From: Octopus vulgaris
Taxonomy: Eukaryota
Direction: 5' to 3'
Length of the DNA: 64,000 nucleotides
Assembly (NCBI GenBank): GCA_951406725.2
Contig: OX597818.1
Coordinates: 122,078,001-122,142,000 of the forward strand
This document shows, piece after piece, positions 56,015 to 64,000 of the stretch. Numbering within the stretch: the stretch's first letter is position 1; each line of letters begins with the position of its first letter. The translations under genes were made by a program, and so were the position numbers. The notes below the pieces were generated by a model. That model had not been told where the DNA came from. It worked only from the letters and a program-made list of their open reading frames with translations, and did not search any database.

Positions 56015-56725
56015 CACATACAGATACGAGCGAGGGAGAGAGAGAGAGGGAGAGATAGATAGATAGATGGCTAGACATACAGACAGACATGTTTTCACGC
56101 AGGCACACACACACACACACACACACACATATCTGTTGATGCAAGAGGACATTTTTCAGCGATTCAGTGGTCCGGTATTCTGGAGTTTTCACGGCTGCTG
56201 TCATTTCTACAGACAAGTATGACTGAGTTTTCGTCTAGTTTGACTAGTCAGAAGAATCGGCTCTCCAGGTTGGGAATTCCAGGCAGGAAGACCAGTGTTA
56301 ATGAATGAATAAATAAATAAATACAAATACCTATACACACACCCACAGTCACATACACACATATATCATATGATATATATTAGGTGAGATGTGAAACACT
56401 TAATGCAGGTTCAGGAAATGCTGCTATTCTCTTAGTATTGTTTAAATTCTTTACTTTTCGGGATGTGTATTTCAGTACAACATCGTCGTTCTATGTATGT
56501 ATGTATGTATGTATGTATGTATGTGTGTATGTATGTATGCATGTATGTATGTTGTATGTATGTATGTATGTATGTATGTATGTATGTATGTATGTATGTA
56601 CGTATGTTTGCGTGTATGTGTGTTGTGTGATCGTGTGTACGTATGTTTAAGTATGTATATATATATATATATGTATATAATAATAATAATCATAATATGA
56701 GGGAATATTATTCCAAACTTACATG

Positions 56726-56760
56726 TATATATATAAGAATTGATGAAATGTGTTTTTTTA

Positions 56761-56800
<40 letters not shown>

Positions 56801-56830
56801 AAACACATTTTATCAATTCTTATATATATA
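56726..56830. repeat. ~105-bp near-perfect palindrome centred on a (TA)n tract
   Basis: ataagaattgatgaaatgtgtttttttactaa-(TA)n-ttagaaaaaaacacattttatcaattcttat. Confidence 0.9.
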
Positions 56831-56850
56831 TATGTATATATGTATATATG

Positions 56851-56952
<102 letters not shown>

Positions 56953-57132
56953 TGCAATGATATGGACTTTACTCATAGGGTATTGGAATATCACATATAT
57001 ACCATTCTGCTTAAAAAATGGATTTGCAACTTCAATATCCCTGCATATCTTGCTTCTATTTTCTTTCCTCCATCTAACTCTCTATTTTGTATCACATCTA
57101 AACTAAATAAGACTTAAGTATCCTCTCACACC

Positions 57133-57184
57133 GACTCCGATGAAGGGATATAATTAATAAATATCCTAGAAACACGTGTAAGAC
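57133..57184 (+). other. Degenerate hammerhead-like motif (Penelope-like relic)
   Basis: CCGAUGA-A-GGGAUAU...AUAUCC-UA-GAAAC-ACGU-GUA; core C-for-U change and stem I mismatch. Confidence 0.45.
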
Positions 57185-57260
57185 CTATCTATAAATTTTC
57201 TAATATCTACACAGCCTTGTTTTTTTTATCTCATTACGCAAATTTTTTTTTTATTTAAAC

Positions 57261-57338
<78 letters not shown>

Positions 57339-57928
57339 TGACATCAATATACACATATATACATGTAGATATGTGTAAATACACACACACGCACACACAC
57401 ACACACACACACAAACACGCATATATACATATATACATATAATATATATATAGCATTGACACATTATTGATCACTCGTTGGCTCAATAAAATACGAGGAG
57501 TACTCATGAAATTATAATGCTGAATCTTACTGCATCACTAATTTTTTTCTCAAACCTGAGTCCTAATCAGCGTTGCTAACGCAATCTCACAGTCGTCATA
57601 GCTACGGTAACCGAGGTGATCAAGCGGTTGTTTGCAGTAAATGCTTCTAAGGTGAAGAAGTTAATAAAAAGCAAAAATAAGTGATATAATGTCATCTTCC
57701 ATTACAAATGTTAATCAACATGTTGCCATTGAATCAGGTAACAGCTTGTTTTCTCTCTTTCTCTCATTCTCTCGTTTTTGTCTTTCAGTGACTTAAAGCA
57801 AACAAATAGTCGGATTTATTAGATGACGCGTGGTTTTGGATGGATAAAGCCATAGGTATTTGGATCACTGGCTGACTAACTGGAGGGTGAAATGTTAGAA
57901 TTGGTTGTCTTGTGAGACACCAAGCAAC

Positions 57929-57989
<61 letters not shown>

Positions 57990-58061
57990 AGATTAATGGA
58001 AACATAAATCACATGACTCACTCTATGAATATAAATAGATGGGTGGATCTCTAGAAAGATA

Positions 58062-58097
<36 letters not shown>

Positions 58098-58765
58098 CAT
58101 ACGTATATGCATATACATGTACACACACATACACGCCAACACATATTTATGTGTGTGTGTGTGTGTGTGCGTGTGTGCATGCGTGCGTGTTGTTAAAGTG
58201 AGTGATTGATGAATCTATGCTTGGATAACGGAAGCGAAAGATAAATGAAGGGACAGAGAAAGGAAGGTGAAATTGCAGTGAATGAGGATTGATAGTCAGG
58301 AAAGGAAGGCTGATAATGAATTATAAGTTCAAGAACACGGTTGGATAGATTTAGAGAGATTGTGTTATGTGTATGAGCGTTGAAGTTCACTCAAGGGAAG
58401 ATACACGTACGTATACCGAGGAAGAGAAACAGGTACTATTAGATGCATATATATTTTTACTATACTGTATGTTTTATTTGTTTCGTCCCTTAAAATTATT
58501 GCATACATTGCTATTGCTCCGATAATCTTTGAGAAACAAGATTATCGGATGAATAGCTATAAGTTGTTACTGGCGTTGTTGTTGCTGTTCTTCTTCTCCT
58601 TCGTCTTCCAATCAGGACACACGCCATTAGCCATAAAGAATAATATCTAATTCGAGCAAGCTCTAAGCTACTAAGAATGCGTGTGACAACTTGAATATCC
58701 ACCCACCACATGCGATAGACTGGCGGTTGCACTGGCGCGAAAGCTACGTTGTTATCCTCATTCCA

Positions 58766-59176
58766 GGCGCAGGAGTGGCTGTGTGGTAAGTAGCTTGCTA
58801 ACCAACCACATGGTTCCCGGTTCAGTCCCACTGCGTGGCATCTTAGGCAAGTGTCTTCTGCTATAGCCCCGGGCAAACCAATGCTTTGTGAGTGGATTTG
58901 GTAGACGGAAACTGAAAGAAGCCTGTCGTATATATGTATATATATATATGTGTGTGTGTCTGTGTTTGTGTGTCTGTGTTTGTCTCCCTAGCATTGCTTG
59001 ACAACCGATGCTGGTGTGTTTATGTCCCCGTTACTTAGCGGTTCGGCAAAAGAGACCGATAGGATAAGTACTGGGCTTACATAGAATAAGTCCCGGGGTC
59101 GAGTTGCTCGATTAAAGGCGGTGCTCCAGCATGGCCACAGTCAAATGACTGAAACAAGTAAAAGAGTAAAAGAGTA
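58766..59176 (+). mobile_element. Full-length family-2 SINE
   Basis: Highly similar to 45335-45750. Confidence 0.92.
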
Positions 59177-59329
59177 TTCCGTAAACGGTGGCTTTTAACG
59201 GGTGGAGAGCTGAACCATCCTGGGGGACAGAGGATTCAGAAGCTAGACTAGGGTCTGAAATTTACCAACACCATAGTGGGTTACACCATGGTTCCTCTAC
59301 TTTGTGGCAGAAGTAGGAAGAAAGAGGGA

Positions 59330-59489
59330 GAGAAAGTTGTGGTGAAAGAGTACAGCGGGGTTCACACCAGCCCCACCTCCCCCGTCGGAGCTTCGTGGAG
59401 CTTAGATGTTTTTGCCCGGTCTGGAAATCGAAGCGGCGTTCTTACGATCGCAAGTCCGCTGCTCTAACCACTGGACCATTACGCCTCCA
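59330..59489 (-). mobile_element. 5' part of a diverged family-1 SINE
   Basis: ctaaccactggaccattacgcctcc head on the minus strand. Confidence 0.75.
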
Positions 59490-60289
59490 CTGGCGTTGTT
59501 GGCATGGTCGTTTAGCTCCATGCAAAACTTCATTGAGTAAACTTATAATGTAAGTCTCTCAGTTGAAGCTTTTGTTTTTTCATTTTTGTTCTAAAGATTA
59601 ATGCATTCAAGACGACATGATCAAACGTGACCTTCCTTTTTTTGAGGAAATCGGATGTCAGATCGAGGAAGATTTAGTCGCTAATTCTAGCGGCTCAAGC
59701 AAACGCTTTGAAACTCCACTACTGGAAGTGCAATGCCGTCCATTCAGCTCATGATATTTTAGTCGACTACAACCAGAGAGGTGGGGCTGTTGCATTATAA
59801 AATGTCGAGAGGAAGGTCCCAAACCGGTACGCATGCTTTCCTGATAATCCCCAAAAGCTATAGGCATGCATCATATCAAGCTTCGATTAGCAGCATAAAG
59901 AAGATCTTTGCATGTTTTTACAGGGATAAATCATAGTTTTATTATTTAAGAGTCATGACTCTTCGACGAGATATCACATCATCGTGTTAACGAAGATCGC
60001 ATAGAGTGAATATTTCATACATATATACTGCTAAAATTTTGTGAGCAGTAAATATTGTGCTGTAAGCTTTTATATCTGTTGCTTTGTGTAGAACAAGTTC
60101 GCGAGCGTTTTATATTTTATCGAGTATTTCAAAAATTAGATATCATATTTTCCATAACGTTTTCAGAATTGTACATTTCAACACATACGTAGGGTATAGT
60201 TGTCATAAAGTGCTTAGATATATAAAATATAAACGCATAATTCTATAATTCACAGAACTATCGTTAGTAGCCATATACATATGCACGTA

Positions 60290-60356
<67 letters not shown>

Positions 60357-61151
60357 GTATATATATATGTATTCATATATATATATGTATAATAAATATA
60401 TATATATATATATATATATGATATAAACATCTATTTAATACTTACTCTTACAAAGAATAATGTTGAATTCCTGGGAAATTCATCAAAGTTGAGAGAGGGA
60501 GAGAAAAAGAATGAGATTCAGAGAGAAGGAGAGAGAGAAAAGTGAGCCAAACAGACTGACAGAAGGAGAGACAGACAGAAAGAAAGAGAAAGGACTCTCT
60601 TATGAAATCTAGGATTTATCATTAGGGAGAGATAGAGAGAGAGAGAGAGCGAATGAGAGAGAGGGAAGGAGTCAGAGAAGGGGTATATAAATGTTTGAGT
60701 ATTTTTTCTATTGGCTTTTTTACTACGTATTTCTAACTATTTGGGAATATGTATAAGTAAACGTATTTACATGTATATAGGTGTTTATCTATATGTCTCT
60801 CTTCTCTTTCTCTCTGTTCCTGTCTGCTTCTCTGCCAGCACTTTCTCTCTTTCTCTCACTCACTCACTCACTCTGTCCGTCCGTCTGTCTGCCTGTGTTT
60901 CCCTCCTCACTCTTTCCTTCTCTCTCTTCGTCTCTCCCTCTTCGTCTCTCCCTCTTCGTCTCTCTCTCTCTCTCTTTGACTCTCTCCCTCTCTCTCTCTC
61001 TCTGAATGATAAAATACTGATTTTTTCTACATCTGTATTTGAAATCTTTCCATGCGCACCCCATTCACTCTCCCTGTCCCTTTGCCTGAATAACACGTAC
61101 ATATATACATAAATGTATGTGTGCATATATATATACATATACCTACATATA

Positions 61152-61256
<105 letters not shown>

Positions 61257-61258
61257 CA

Positions 61259-61326
<68 letters not shown>

Positions 61327-61361
61327 ACATATGTCTCTATATGCATGTACATAATCTCTCC

Positions 61362-61396
<35 letters not shown>

Positions 61397-61842
61397 TATA
61401 TATATGTATATATATACTATATACATGTATGAGTATATGTAGGTGTGTGTTTCTGTAAGTTAATCAATCAATCATTACATATGTAAAGCTAAAAACAAAC
61501 ACAGATGCTTCGTAACATAACATGCAGTGTGTGTGTTCAGGACGAAGAGATGCATTGAATAATTAAACAACCCTACAAGAAAACGTTGAATCAATATTTT
61601 ATACACAGCTTCATAATGAGTTTTAACAGGGAATTCTCAAACGCATATATGCATCTACATACGCACAGACACTCCCATAGGCAGTCATGTACGTGCGCAT
61701 ACATGTATATACGCATACATGTACATGTGCATACAGGTAGATTCGCTTATATGTACAAGCACACACACACACACACACACTCACACACGTACAAGCACAT
61801 CACGTCCATATACAAATGCATGTTCACACGTTCACATCCGGA

Positions 61843-61881
<39 letters not shown>

Positions 61882-62022
61882 GTATATACTTACTTTGATA
61901 CACTTTCGAATCTCATCTCTATTCTTTTCAAATATATGCATTTATACATTGCAATGGGAATATTACGTTCATAAAATGCTACTCTCCCTCTCTCCCCCTC
62001 TCTCTCTCTATATATATATATG

Positions 62023-62072
<50 letters not shown>

Positions 62073-62457
62073 CCATAGATATAGTGATCATGTATTATAT
62101 ACATGTACACATTCTTATGTCTGTGAGTGTGTAACCATCAAGGTGTCCTACAAGATACATTGAGGTAAATAATCAATATGTTACATTTTAGCTACTTACC
62201 TCCTGTTTGTTTAATTTACATACAGGCAAAAATCACAGCTCTGATTACCTGCTGAGTTACTGTTCCCTCTCGGTGATTAAAAATCTCGCAAACACGAACA
62301 AAAATTGCATTGCTTAGGTTAACGTGTGTCTATCTGCCAAGTTTGGTGAATATGATGAAAACATGTAGGCATATATAAATACACATATGCATAGCTGCAT
62401 ACACGCATGTGTGTGTGTGCATGCATATATATATACACGCGCACATATATGTATATC

Positions 62458-62500
<43 letters not shown>

Positions 62501-63136
62501 ATACACAGAAACGGTGGGAAACACATATAAAAGAGATGCACACCAAACAGCTAATGTCAGGTGGAAAGGCAAAAGAGACCTATAGAATAATTAACTGACT
62601 TAACCCCACCCCACCAAAAAAGCCCCCAAATAAATGACTTCACTTTCTCAGGGAAAAGTTGACACAAATGAGAAACTAATAGGCCAGCACAGTTTTACAA
62701 CTCAGATGCAGCCAATGTTTCTAATTTTGAGAATGTAAATATTTGCTGTTTTTCATTAATTTTTCTACTGTCAGCTTTTCCCTGAAGAAAGAAATCTGTC
62801 CGAAGCGTTACATTTTGTACTTTTAACGGCAAATTCACTGTACTAACTATATCGATTTTACTACATAATAAATGTCTTACTAGAAAAGAGCAACACGGGT
62901 CTCTTTGAATTTTGTTTCAGCGTATATATATATATGTATATGTGTATACATATGTGCGTGTGTGTGTGTATGTGTGCGTATAAGTGCCAACGCACAGAAC
63001 ACTCGGACCTTGAGCCACTCTATTACTTCTAGATATTAATAAAAATATACATATACTCATATTTTCAGTTCTATTGTTCCTGTTTGCATCACCATACCTA
63101 TATATGTATGTGTGTGTATGCATTTGTATGTGTGTG

Positions 63137-63222
<86 letters not shown>

Positions 63223-63728
63223 TATGTATGTGTGTGTGTCTGTGTCTGTCCCGCATAACTTACCGGCTCAGCAAGACAAATTGATAGACTAAGCACCGGC
63301 CTTAACAAAATAAAAATACGTACCGATATAGATTCGTTTGACTAAAATTCTTCTAGCAGATGCCCCAGCATGGTCGCAATGAAATGACTAGGTGATAACT
63401 GATAACGGATAAAAGCAAGTTTCTTGAAATTATTTGAAAATTTCCCCGTTATTTTTTCCTATCGTTTTCTAATGTACTTTTATACAACAAAACATATTGA
63501 ATAGTTTCATTTTTCAAAATTTATAACTCCAATTCATTTCCATTTATATATTCTTGCTAATTCAATTCCCACATAGTCTACATCCACTTATTAATATAAA
63601 TGTATGCTAGGGGACCTTTACCCTATCTGATAATCATTTTCATACGATTGAAGATGAAAATTTTTGGTACCTAAATCGGTAATGGACTGTTTCAGCTATT
63701 GTTATAATGTGTGCGTGTGTGTACGGGC

Positions 63729-63788
<60 letters not shown>

Positions 63789-64000
63789 CTGTATGTGTGT
63801 GTGTATGAAATATATTTATATATATATTTATATATATATTTATATGTATATATATATATATATGCTCAGCTTTCTGTCTAACGATCTCTTAAACTCACTC
63901 CACCATTTTTGAGTGTGTGTTTCATTTTATATACTCACAATTACACACACACATACGTACATACATATATACAATCACACACACATATATACATATATAA

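Overview
AT-rich, microsatellite-saturated eukaryotic DNA. The tRNA-derived SINE families and repeat landscape look like an Octopus (coleoid cephalopod) genome; this is an inference. Almost all ORF-track entries are microsatellite or SINE artefacts. The main real signal is a ~17 kb tandem segmental array (~24.9-41.7 kb) of five diverged units. Each unit carries one minus-strand, frame-symmetric (phase 1-1) exon of 102, 102, 102, 102 or 90 nt encoding a ~34-aa P/T/S-rich repeat with N-glycosylation sequons. These are probably internal exons of a large extracellular protein gene whose other exons I could not identify. The rest is TE-derived: three or four SINE families, LINE 3' ends, non-autonomous Helitrons, mariner/Tc1 and Merlin relics, a Merlin-like MITE with TTAGGG repeats, and Penelope-like relics, one with an intact-looking minimal hammerhead ribozyme. 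There are also two local inverted duplications. One is a TSD-flanked composite SINE that copied unique DNA from 4 kb away and interrupts an 83-codon Myb/SANT-like ORF.
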